A stretch of DNA of 60,380 bases, filler included, from Sanchytrium tribonematis (lineage: Eukaryota): the NCBI GenBank assembly GCA_018985235.1. It is 6 parts of 6 records of this genome, joined end to end, with 100 filler letters (N's around TTAATTAATTAA, not from the genome) between each part and the next. Parts side by side here need not be neighbours in the genome. Positions count along the whole stretch, not along the records: positions 30,291 to 40,273 come from JADGIG010000314.1; positions 40,374 to 50,350 come from JADGIG010000315.1; 4 more parts are not named here. One strand, written 5' to 3'. The notes beneath the pieces are model-generated. The model was not told where the DNA came from. It searched no databases and worked only from the letters and a program-made list of their open reading frames with translations. Below, in pieces: positions 31,969 through 40,750 of this stretch (within the stretch, counting starts at the first letter, position 1; every line of letters starts with the position of its first letter). A program made the position numbers and the translations under genes.

Positions 31969-32158
31969 TAAAATTATTTATTTTTAAAGTTTGAATTTCC
32001 ATGATGGTTACCAAATAGAGACTTTGGTATCAATGTGCTCAATTTGGCTTGTGTAAATGAAACGGAGGCAATCAATCTTATTGTAATGACCTTGATTGGT
32101 TCCCTTTTATGAGAATGACTTATCCACTCATTTATAAACCCACAGGCAACCCATCCAA

Positions 32159-32404
32159 ATGGCTGATGTCAATAATCTATTAAAAGTTACATTTCAAAAA
32201 TCAAAAGACACACAATCCTTAAGAGATCGCGTGCTAATGGCAAATTCGTTGAAGTTTACGATTCGTCAATACCCTGTTCAATACGCGGCAACTGTTTGTA
32301 AAAATTTCAAAGAAATGGAGATTCTGCTGGAAGACTTGATGAGAGAAGGAAAAACAACTTATGAATGGATACTTGCAGATATGAAATTTTATGAATTGAA
32401 ATAA
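32159..32404 (+). CDS. 81-aa protein with a SERTA/Ecm13-like motif
   Basis: LLKVTFQKSKDTQSLRDRVLMANSLK resembles the SERTA core L..S..K...SLRRSVLIANTLR; stop lies in AATAAA like genuine genes here. Confidence 0.5.
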   Translation: MADVNNLLKVTFQKSKDTQSLRDRVLMANSLKFTIRQYPVQYAATVCKNFKEMEILLEDLMREGKTTYEWILADMKFYELK

Positions 32405-32433
32405 ATTTGAATGTACATCAATTAATCTCATGT

Positions 32434-33638
32434 TTATTTACTCAACTCTTGCACAAATTCAATAATACGACTCATTGCTAGACGTAATTTTTCTTCTTTT
32501 GGAGTAATAACAACTCTTACATAATTTTTGATTCCAAAGCATTGTCCCGGCAAACACTGTACAGACTTAACTTTCATGAGTTGCTTGCAAAATTCGATGT
32601 CATCTAAATGACATTTCTCTGGAACTTTGAACATGACATACCTAAATAAGTTGTAAATTACATTGCGCCTTGTGGTTTTACAACATTTGTTACCGTTGAT
32701 AGCTGATTATAAACAATCATCGCGTGCTCTTTTAATGTTTGATTTAGATCCTTGAAAAATGATTGAGGTGTATTCTCAAAGATATCAGGTAAAGCCGATT
32801 GAATGATTGAATTGGGTCCTAATATAAGCTGACTGAGTTTCACAATTCCCTTTAGTAAGGCCTCGCTGTGATAGACAATGACCCAACCCAAACGATAGCC
32901 TGGTGCCAAGAATTGCTTTGCTATTCCGCCTGTTGACAAAACAGGTAAACTAGTCAATTCACCTATGCAATGAAATGATCCCTCAAAATTCATATTGGCA
33001 TAAATTTCATCAGCAATAATTGGAATGCTAAAATGTTCAATAACTTTAATGACATCCTTCAAGTGGTGAAGTGAATAATTTGAACCGCATGGATTTGAAG
33101 GGTTGTTAATTAAAATAGTTTTAATATTTTTATGCGTCTTCAAAATAGTTTCAAGCTGTGCAAGATCTAATTCCCATTGTTTATCAGGAAGTAAATCGTA
33201 ATATACCGGTTGCAAGTTCAGACTGTGAGCTAAAGTGGTATATAGTGAAAATGAGGGCTTTGCGATTAAAATTGCATCTCCGGGATTGCAAAGCGCTTTA
33301 ATGCTCATCTCTAGTGCATGGCTACAACCACTTGCTAAAATAACTTGAGTGGCTTCTACTTTTGAATTGTTTGTTTTTGACCAAAAATTAGCAACAGCCT
33401 CTCTACTTCTCAAATAGCCTACGGAAGGAGGATAGCCGTTTGCTTTTCCACTTCTAATCGCTTCAATCATAGCGCTATTGACAGATTCTGGCACAGGGAA
33501 ATTCCCATATATTGTTGGGTCACCTATACTTAGAGGTATCTTTTCCAAATTATCATTCCACTCTTGAATATTGTCAACTATGGCTCTTATAGGATTATTT
33601 GTTCGATTTACGACTTCTGCACATAAATTATTGGACAT
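32434..33638 (-). CDS. TAT: Tyrosine aminotransferase (class I PLP), 394 aa; exons 33638-32662 and 32641-32434
   Basis: NPIRAIVD, LSIGDPTIYGN, SGCSHALE, NNPSNPCG, IADEIY, GGIAKQFLAPGYRLGW; PQGAM|YVMF restored by a 20-nt intron. Confidence 0.93.
32642..32661 (-). other. 20-nt spliceosomal intron (phase 2)
   Basis: GTAATTTACAACTTATTTAG; AT|G TAT GTC ATG gives the conserved GAMY motif. Confidence 0.95.
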
Positions 33639-33700
33639 GTCAACTTGAGTTGGAACAAGATTTTTTTCTTCCCCTTCCACATCAAAACACGAATTTTATC

Positions 33701-34709
33701 ATGAATTCTTTTGGTGCAAGTGATATTTCTGCTACAATATTGCCAGGAGATGATATATCTAATATCCAATTTCACCCACAACAAGATATGTTGGCAGTTG
33801 CAGCATGGGACAATTCTATCAGTGTTTATGATGTCCAGCCGAACCAGATTAATCCGAAAGTACAAACAAAACTAACTTCGACACCGCTTGATATAGAATG
33901 GATAGGCGAAAATATGATTGCTTCTGCCAATTCTGATGGAACGATTCAAATTTATAATGCAGTCGCAAATACAACAAATACAATTGGAAAGCACGAAGCA
34001 GGAGCCAGGTCTGTTCATCTTGCATCCGAAAACATAATTGTCTCCGGTGGATGGGACAAAGCTATAAGATATTGGGATATTAGATCAAATCAGCCTATTG
34101 GTCAAGTTGCTCTTTCTGAGAGAATATATTGCATGGACGCATTTAACCAGGTTGTGGTTGCAGCTACGGCTGACAAAAACATACATGTGCTTCACATGGG
34201 CAATCCGATGCAAGTTTTCAAAACAATGCAATCGACATTAAAATTGCAATCTCGATCAATCGCTGTTTATAGACCCAATCCCAATGGATTTGCACTTGGA
34301 AGCATAGAAGGTAGATGTGCACTTGAATATTTTGAAGATAAAGATCAAAGCATGAAATTTTCATTTAAATGTCATCGTGAAGATACCAAAAATATATATG
34401 CCGTTAACGCAATCAGGTTCCATCCCAATTTTGGAACATTTACTACTGCAGGTAGTGATGGATGCTTTCATTTCTGGGATAAAGAGTCTAAGCAACGCCT
34501 AAAAGCAAATACCTCGAAAGGTCTTCCTATAACCTGTAATTATTATTTATTAAGCTGTTTCGTTCAATAACAATGGTCAATTATTTGCCTACTCACTATC
34601 TTATGACTGGTCGAAGGGCCACGAGGGTAAAAAACCAGATATGAAGCCTCAACTTTGTGTTCAGAGACTAAAGGAAGAGGATGTTAGACCAAGGCAAAAG
34701 AAAAAATAA
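33701..34709 (+). CDS. GLE2: mRNA export factor Gle2/Rae1 (WD40), 329 aa; exons 33701-34535 and 34555-34709
   Basis: GSIEGRCA, FSFKCHR, GTFTTAGSDG..FWDK; exon 2 supplies FAYSLSYDWSKGH. Confidence 0.95.
34536..34554 (+). other. 19-nt spliceosomal intron (phase 1)
   Basis: GTAATTATTATTTATTAAG; removal gives PITSVSFNNNGQLFAY. Confidence 0.96.
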
Positions 34710-34722
34710 ACCCCTTGAAATT

Positions 34723-36333
34723 ATGTCTTTTTTTGTAAAAGAAAACAGTTTGAATGGTGACGGTACCGAATCTGCACCATATAGCGATGTACAGCAGCTT
34801 TTTGAAGCAAATGGGCTGGTCGAGCAATCAAAAATCTTTATATACAATGGTGATAAATTTGAACCTATATCACAATCGTTTTACAAGAAAAGCACAAAAT
34901 ACTTCGAGAAGCAACAAAAGAAAAAATCTGCACCAAAGGTTGTTGCAAAATCGCAAACTGAGGCTTTGAGTCTCGATGACTTGAATTCAGAACTTGAGGC
35001 GATTAAGATTCTTGATTTAAAAATAAAACCAATTGAAATTGGCAAATTGACACCTGGCCCAGAAATTAGAAGAATACAGGGGTGGGTGCATCGTATTCGA
35101 AAACAAAAAAGCATTTCGTTTATTGTTTTGCGAGACGGAAGTGGATTTGTTCAGATAGTTGTAGGGAAAGAACTGTCAGCATTTGTAGATCAGATATCAG
35201 TGGAGTCAACAATATCTGTTTCTGGAATTGTAAGTGCAACTGAATCGACATCACAAGGCTTTGAGTTACAAGTTCATGCTATCACTGTTATTGGAAAAGC
35301 ACCATTGGGTGATGAAACCTTCACAAATAAAGTAAATGAAGAAAGCAATCCAGAAGTGAAATATGACCAGAGACATTTAGTTATAAGAGGTGATACTGCA
35401 AGTGCCGTTTTAAAAATGAGAAGTATAGCAAGTTATGCATTTCGACAATTTTACCGTGAAAATGGCTATCACGAAATCCAGCCACCGCTTATGGTTCAAA
35501 ATCAATGTGAGGGTGGTAGCACACTATTCGGATTTAATTATTACGATGAATCAGCTTATTTGACTCAATCTTCTCAATTATATTTGGAAACTATATTACC
35601 CGTATTTGGTAAAGCATTTTGTATGACTGAAAGCTTCAGAGCGGAAAAATCAAGCACAAGACGTCACTTGTCGGAATATACTCACATTGAGGCCGAGATC
35701 AGTTTTATTGAATTTGAAGATCTTCTTAACCATTTGGAAAAACTTTTGTCTTTTGTTGTTGAGTTTTTGCAAAAAGACGACGAAGCCAAGATCTTGTTGA
35801 AGCAGTTAAATCCCCAATTTTCTGGACTAAAATTACCTATTAAGCGTATGACTTATAAGGAAGCCATTAAATGGTTAAGAGAAAATAATATTGAAAAGTC
35901 AGAGGAGGACGGTGGAGGTCCCTACGAATTCGGTGATGATATTCCAGAAGCCGCTGAGAGAAAGATGGTTGACACATTAAAAGTTCCTGTAATGATGACT
36001 CATTTTCCAGCAGAAATGAAAGCTTTTTACATGAAAAAAGTAGACACTGACGAAACTTTAACCGAGAGCGTTGACATTTTACTTCCAAATGTTGGTGAAT
36101 GTGTAGGAGGCAGTATGAGAGAATCTGATTACGACCGACTAATGAGCAAATACAAAGAGGAAGGTCTAGATCCTTCCTTGTATTATTGGTACACTGATCA
36201 AAGAAAGTACGGCACAACAGAGCATGGTGGATACGGTTTGGGGCTAGAAAGATTTCTTTGCTGGATATTAAATCAGTATACGGTTAAAGATGTTTGCTTG
36301 TATCCAAGATTTGTTGGACGATGTAAACCGTAA
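34723..36333 (+). CDS. DED81: Cytosolic asparaginyl-tRNA synthetase, 536 aa
   Basis: GWVHRIR OB fold, QRHLVIRG, YLTQSSQLYLE, SFRAEKSSTRRHLSEYTHIE, HGGYGLGLER, YPRFVGRCKP. Confidence 0.97.
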   Translation: MSFFVKENSLNGDGTESAPYSDVQQLFEANGLVEQSKIFIYNGDKFEPISQSFYKKSTKYFEKQQKKKSAPKVVAKSQTEALSLDDLNSELEAIKILDLKIKPIEIGKLTPGPEIRRIQGWVHRIRKQKSISFIVLRDGSGFVQIVVGKELSAFVDQISVESTISVSGIVSATESTSQGFELQVHAITVIGKAPLGDETFTNKVNEESNPEVKYDQRHLVIRGDTASAVLKMRSIASYAFRQFYRENGYHEIQPPLMVQNQCEGGSTLFGFNYYDESAYLTQSSQLYLETILPVFGKAFCMTESFRAEKSSTRRHLSEYTHIEAEISFIEFEDLLNHLEKLLSFVVEFLQKDDEAKILLKQLNPQFSGLKLPIKRMTYKEAIKWLRENNIEKSEEDGGGPYEFGDDIPEAAERKMVDTLKVPVMMTHFPAEMKAFYMKKVDTDETLTESVDILLPNVGECVGGSMRESDYDRLMSKYKEEGLDPSLYYWYTDQRKYGTTEHGGYGLGLERFLCWILNQYTVKDVCLYPRFVGRCKP

Positions 36334-36397
36334 TAAATTTTGTGTTTGATTTGATACATTCTGTGCTCCTAAGAGCTTTTGAAACTAAAACCAGCTA

Positions 36398-37060
36398 ATG
36401 TCCGAAGAATGCAAATTTGGTGACTGTATTGAGACATTCGGTACAATGGAAGAGCTTGTCAAACATCTTGAAGAACATGTATCGGAATTAACAGATTTTG
36501 GCTGTCAATGGAGAGATTGCAAGAATAAAAAGGGTAAGAAAATGACTAATATGCAATCTTTGATAACCCATTTGCGTACACATACGGGTGAAAAACCCTT
36601 TATATGCCCTCTTCCTGAATGTATCCAAAGATTTAGTAGAAGAGATGCAATCTTGAAGCACTGCCAAACTGCCCATCCTGAGTATGACACGCGCAGCAAA
36701 AATGTAAAATATTTTAAAGAAACTGATTTGTCAAATGGGTATATGTTTAAACTCGATGGGAAAATACCTTATAAACCACCAACCTCTCAAAAGTCTCATA
36801 AAGGTCAGTCACTTTCTGCACCGTTAGAGATGGAAGATGATCTTGTCATGGAAGTTAGCGAATCAACTGAATGGCACAAACTCTCAGATTATGAAAAATT
36901 GGAAGTTTTACAAAAGCGTATTTTATTTCTACAAGAAGACAACAAATTACTCAGAGACGTGTATCAAATTGAGCAGCTTTTGTTCAAAAGACTTAAGCTC
37001 ACCAACGATATATTAAGAGAAAAAGCCTTTGGCAACTTACTTGCTGATGAAGACAAATAA
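36398..37060 (+). CDS. C2H2 zinc-finger protein (three GLI/ZIC-like fingers) with a C-terminal coiled coil
   Basis: CKFGDC..HLEEH, CQWRDC..HLRTH, TGEKPF linker, CPLPEC..HCQTAH. Confidence 0.85.
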   Translation: MSEECKFGDCIETFGTMEELVKHLEEHVSELTDFGCQWRDCKNKKGKKMTNMQSLITHLRTHTGEKPFICPLPECIQRFSRRDAILKHCQTAHPEYDTRSKNVKYFKETDLSNGYMFKLDGKIPYKPPTSQKSHKGQSLSAPLEMEDDLVMEVSESTEWHKLSDYEKLEVLQKRILFLQEDNKLLRDVYQIEQLLFKRLKLTNDILREKAFGNLLADEDK

Positions 37061-37176
37061 ATTTATTCAAATTTAGGCCACTTAAGTTTGGAAATGAAAT
37101 TCGAATCTTTTGAGACAAATAAATTTATTCAAATTTAGGCCACTTAAGTTTGGAAATGAAATTCGAATCTTTTGAG
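37051..37176 (+). repeat. Perfect 62-nt tandem duplication
   Basis: 37051-37112 = 37113-37174 (agacaaataaatttattcaaatttaggccacttaagtttggaaatgaaattcgaatcttttg). Confidence 0.97.
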
Positions 37177-38070
37177 GAAGAAATGAATTATTATCAACAA
37201 GAAAACGAAAGAATTAGAAAAAGAGCAGAGCAAGCATTTAAAGAAGCTGAAAATTCAATTCAAAATGCTGGTATTGACTTCACAGAAGATTCAACAGTTC
37301 ATTCAAATAATATAAATAAGGAAAAAGTATCTTGCACTAGTGAGAGTGCTAATATCCAAGAAACTAGCTTGAATGAACACACAATTTTAGAGAAGATTGA
37401 AAAAAAATTACAAGATGATGAGAAATTTATTCAGAGTGCATTAAAATTAGAAAATACTGGAAGTGTGATCACCCAAGAAGCGTCACTTCGATTTTATCAA
37501 GCGAAGTGCCTGACATTAGAAGAAGAGTTCATAGTTATGAAAAAGGAATTACAAGCCCTAAAATTAGAAAATGCTAATTTAGTCAAATCCAACAAATCAA
37601 GTAAAATAGATATTGATAAAACTCAGAACGAGGTTCAAATCTACAAAACAAAAGAACTTAAATTAAATGAAGAATTATCCCACTTAAAAGACGAGAATTT
37701 GATATTACGAAAGCAATTCAAGGACAATTTGAAAGATCTTGAGGTGTTAAAAGGAAAGCAGAAAAATAGTCAAACTAGTCTTGATTCAAAAGAAAACAGA
37801 GTTGCACGAGCCATGGAAGAGGTGGCGAGGGTTAAAAAGCAATTGGAACAAGCTGAATATTTTTTCAAAACCAAATCGGAAAACAACAACTCGAAATTAT
37901 CCCATGTTATAGAAGAAAATACAAGACTCAAGAAACTGATTAATGAAATGGAGACTGCCATCAAAAAACAAACTCAGCAAATCAGCGTGATTAAGAAACA
38001 AAAGGTGCACTCCACGGCATCCCGTGATTTATTAGATTATCTGAAATCGACTCAATTAAATGACTTTTAA
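37156..38070 (+). CDS. TEX9: TEX9-like centriolar/ciliary coiled-coil protein, 304 aa
   Basis: ASLRFYQAK..LEEE, ENRVARAMEEV, AIKKQTQQISVIKKQKVH match the TEX9 blocks IRFLKAK..QEE, EVRLNRALEE, FKKQ..LIDVLKRQK.H. Confidence 0.75.
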   Translation: MKFESFEEEMNYYQQENERIRKRAEQAFKEAENSIQNAGIDFTEDSTVHSNNINKEKVSCTSESANIQETSLNEHTILEKIEKKLQDDEKFIQSALKLENTGSVITQEASLRFYQAKCLTLEEEFIVMKKELQALKLENANLVKSNKSSKIDIDKTQNEVQIYKTKELKLNEELSHLKDENLILRKQFKDNLKDLEVLKGKQKNSQTSLDSKENRVARAMEEVARVKKQLEQAEYFFKTKSENNNSKLSHVIEENTRLKKLINEMETAIKKQTQQISVIKKQKVHSTASRDLLDYLKSTQLNDF

Positions 38071-38079
38071 GATTTTTAT

Positions 38080-38815
38080 TTATTTACTATACAAAGCTGT
38101 TTCTATCTTTTGAGCAATCATTATTGTCCTTTCCAATCTCTTTTCTTCCATAAGAAGTCGCTGATCGATTGATCTTGAGTTGTGTCGAATAGAGCTCATC
38201 AGGTAGTCATGTTTTGGTCTAGGAAGTACCAGTTTGACAGGGTTCTGAAACTTACTCGATTGAGTAACAATCGGACCATTTGCTAATTTCATTGAACCAA
38301 CAATCTCACTGAGACTTGAGGAAGAAAGCATGTCACTCTTCATGGCTTCCTTTTCTCTTCCTCTTATATTGCTTATGTTTGACTTTATAACTGTAATCAA
38401 AATGTCCTTGTCATCCTTGCTGACTGTCTCACAATCAGCCAGATGAGGAACGGCTTCCATTTTCTTGTATCCTGTTCGTTCTCCGCAAAAACAAGTATAT
38501 ACTTTTTTGTTGTTAATCTTGCTAAATTCGCCATATTTCTGGCATAATTGCTTCCATACCACTTCTCTCTTCTGAGGAGGTGGAAACTGCTGTTTGATCT
38601 GCGATAAACTTTCAGTAAAATTGGACCTGTCAGCATTGCTTATGCTTTTGCATACATTAGCAAGGTGATATGTGACAGAAGTTTTATTGTCAACCATACG
38701 GCTGCCACATTGGCATTGGAACACTATATAAATTAGAACTACCATGTTGATAACGACCATGTTCTATTGCAGGAAATGCACCAAATGGTTTGCAAAGTTC
38801 CTTCCAAGTAACCAT
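38080..38815 (-). CDS. Protein with two tandem BED-like CxC..H..C zinc-finger repeats, 238 aa; exons 38815-38743 and 38723-38080
   Basis: Spliced N-terminus MVTWKELCKPFGAF..VFQCQCG..HLANVC mirrors the second repeat VVWKQLCQKYGEF..VYTCFCG..HLADC. Confidence 0.8.
38724..38742 (-). other. 19-nt spliceosomal intron (phase 1)
   Basis: GTAGTTCTAATTTATATAG; removal completes internal repeat 1. Confidence 0.9.
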
Positions 38816-39026
38816 TGCAACAGAAATTTGTATAGAAAGGGGCTGGAGCTATAAAAGATATACTGATTGGCTGTATTGATTGTCCAATCACTCAGTTTGG
38901 CGAATCAAATTGAAGCTCAATGAACAAAGTTTAAAGTTACAGTGATGCTTTGTACCATCAAATTACCTCAAACTTAATTGAGCTATCACTATTTGCACTT
39001 AGATTCTCATTATTTTTGAAACTAAC

Positions 39027-40273
39027 ATGATTTTAGGTGAGGTTTCAATTCGCAAAAAAAGCGAACCTTTTGGGGACAAATATGTTTCTATGAATAACGA
39101 ATCCATAACAATATATGACTGGCAATTCGGTTTCTTTTGTAGAATTTTAAAGTCTCCAAAATGTTCGGATTTTGAAAATGTGGTGTATATGGACAATAAT
39201 GTTATTTTTGCTTGTACAACCGATTTATTGATGATTTTTATTGAACTTAAACATAAAGGATCAATTAATTTGCCTGGTAAAATATTATCTGTTTTTCCTT
39301 TGGAGAACTATTACGGAATTTGTCTGAAAAATGCTTTTACATTAATTTGTCTTTCACCTGTCGTAGAATTCAAATACGCATTGAAATGGGATCGCCTTGG
39401 AATCAAAGGCTCAGTTTTTAAGTGTGAATATTGTTCTGGATATTTATATGTGGCGACAGCAAGAAAACTATACATCATAAATACTGGAGAGTCGCTTCAA
39501 GCAGAGGACTGGGATCTTGTTCAAACCTTGTCGGTAGACCTTTTAGATTTTGACGTATCTAGAACAGTTCTTTGTACTGTTACCAAAAATACGATACAAC
39601 TTTATAATTCATCGAACAATTTGTTCGAACATGCTGAAGATATTGCTTTAGAATGTGTAAAAACTGTTAAACTTTCAAAAGACCTGAAGTATATACTCAC
39701 GCTTCATAAAAAACAGGATTCTAAAGGTTGGTTTTCTATGATTTTACTACCTAATTTTAAAATATTTTCATCAGAAAATTGGCAATCATTTTTAAAAAAA
39801 GACAATGACTTAGTCAACAATGCTAATTGCATCCAATTTGATGTTCATGAGTTATCGGTACTCATTCAGACACCCAATTATTCATATTTTTTCCCAATTG
39901 CAAAGCTATCGTACGAAATCACCCCATCATATTTAAACTCACTGTTTCCATGCTTACTAACTAGACATCAATTACACATAGCAACCACGGTCTCTCAACC
40001 TTTCAGTATTCCTGGCGGTTGCCATTTTATACCATTGAGCTATCCTACCGGATTTACTTTGGAAAAATTTTCCGCGGTTAATATATTGAACACCAAAGAC
40101 TTACTCTTCTTAACAAGACTGACTAAAATTCATATTTTTAGCAAAGCTCAAGTCGTTTGGCAAGAAATAGACTTTAAGGATGGTAGTTCCACTACGATAG
40201 ATTCCATTGTTTTTGTCAATAACTGCCTGATATGCTTAATCACGACTGTAAAGAATCATTATTCCGAACAGTT
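39027..40273 (+). CDS. Divergent beta-propeller protein, possibly the Ric1 N-terminal half; 3'-truncated
   Basis: Long beta-rich ORF; only weak resemblance to the Ric1 WD40 region. Confidence 0.45.
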
Positions 40274-40373
40274 NNNNNNNNNNNNNNNNNNNNNNNNNNN
40301 NNNNNNNNNNNNNNNNNTTAATTAATTAANNNNNNNNNNNNNNNNNNNNNNNNNNNNNNNNNNNNNNNNNNNN
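40274..40373. other. Artificial contig linker
   Basis: N44-TTAATTAATTAA-N44. Confidence 0.99.
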
Positions 40374-40374
40374 A

Positions 40375-40530
40375 AGCGAGGAAGAAGCAATTGAAGTAGC
40401 AAGACTTTGCAAAAACGCTGGAGTTCCGATAAGAGTCGGATCCTACGGGTATAAGGCCAATGGTTACGTAAGGTTTGCAGTCAGAGAATCGCATCAATTT
40501 GATCATATTTTAAAAGCTATTAAGAAGTAA
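40375..40530 (+). CDS. C-terminus of a class I/II PLP-dependent aminotransferase (HisC/CobD-like); 5'-truncated
   Basis: Translates SEEEAIEVARLCKNAGVPIRVGSYGYKANGYVRFAVRESHQFDHILKAIKK*; G..IR...YVRFAV is the typical C-terminal motif. Confidence 0.7.
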   Translation, partial: SEEEAIEVARLCKNAGVPIRVGSYGYKANGYVRFAVRESHQFDHILKAIKK

Positions 40531-40750
40531 ATTCATGTCAGATCTTAGGCTGACTTTGTTTAAAAGAGAATTTTCTAATCTAGCCTAATCAAGATTGCGC
40601 TGAATATCAATTAGATAAAAGTTACATTCTGCATCAAAAAACTAACCCATTAGATTTTTTTATGCAATTTTGAAATGGCTTTGAGAGCAAGTTCAGAAAA
40701 CTGAAATAAAAATAAAGTTATTTTTTTTGAAACAATTTTTTTCGATTGAC

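Noticed and set aside
34681..34722. Coding overlap between GLE2 and the AsnRS ORF as listed in the ORF track
   Set aside because: ATG 34681 lies in GLE2 exon 2; the plausible AsnRS start is 34723, after the GLE2 stop at 34709
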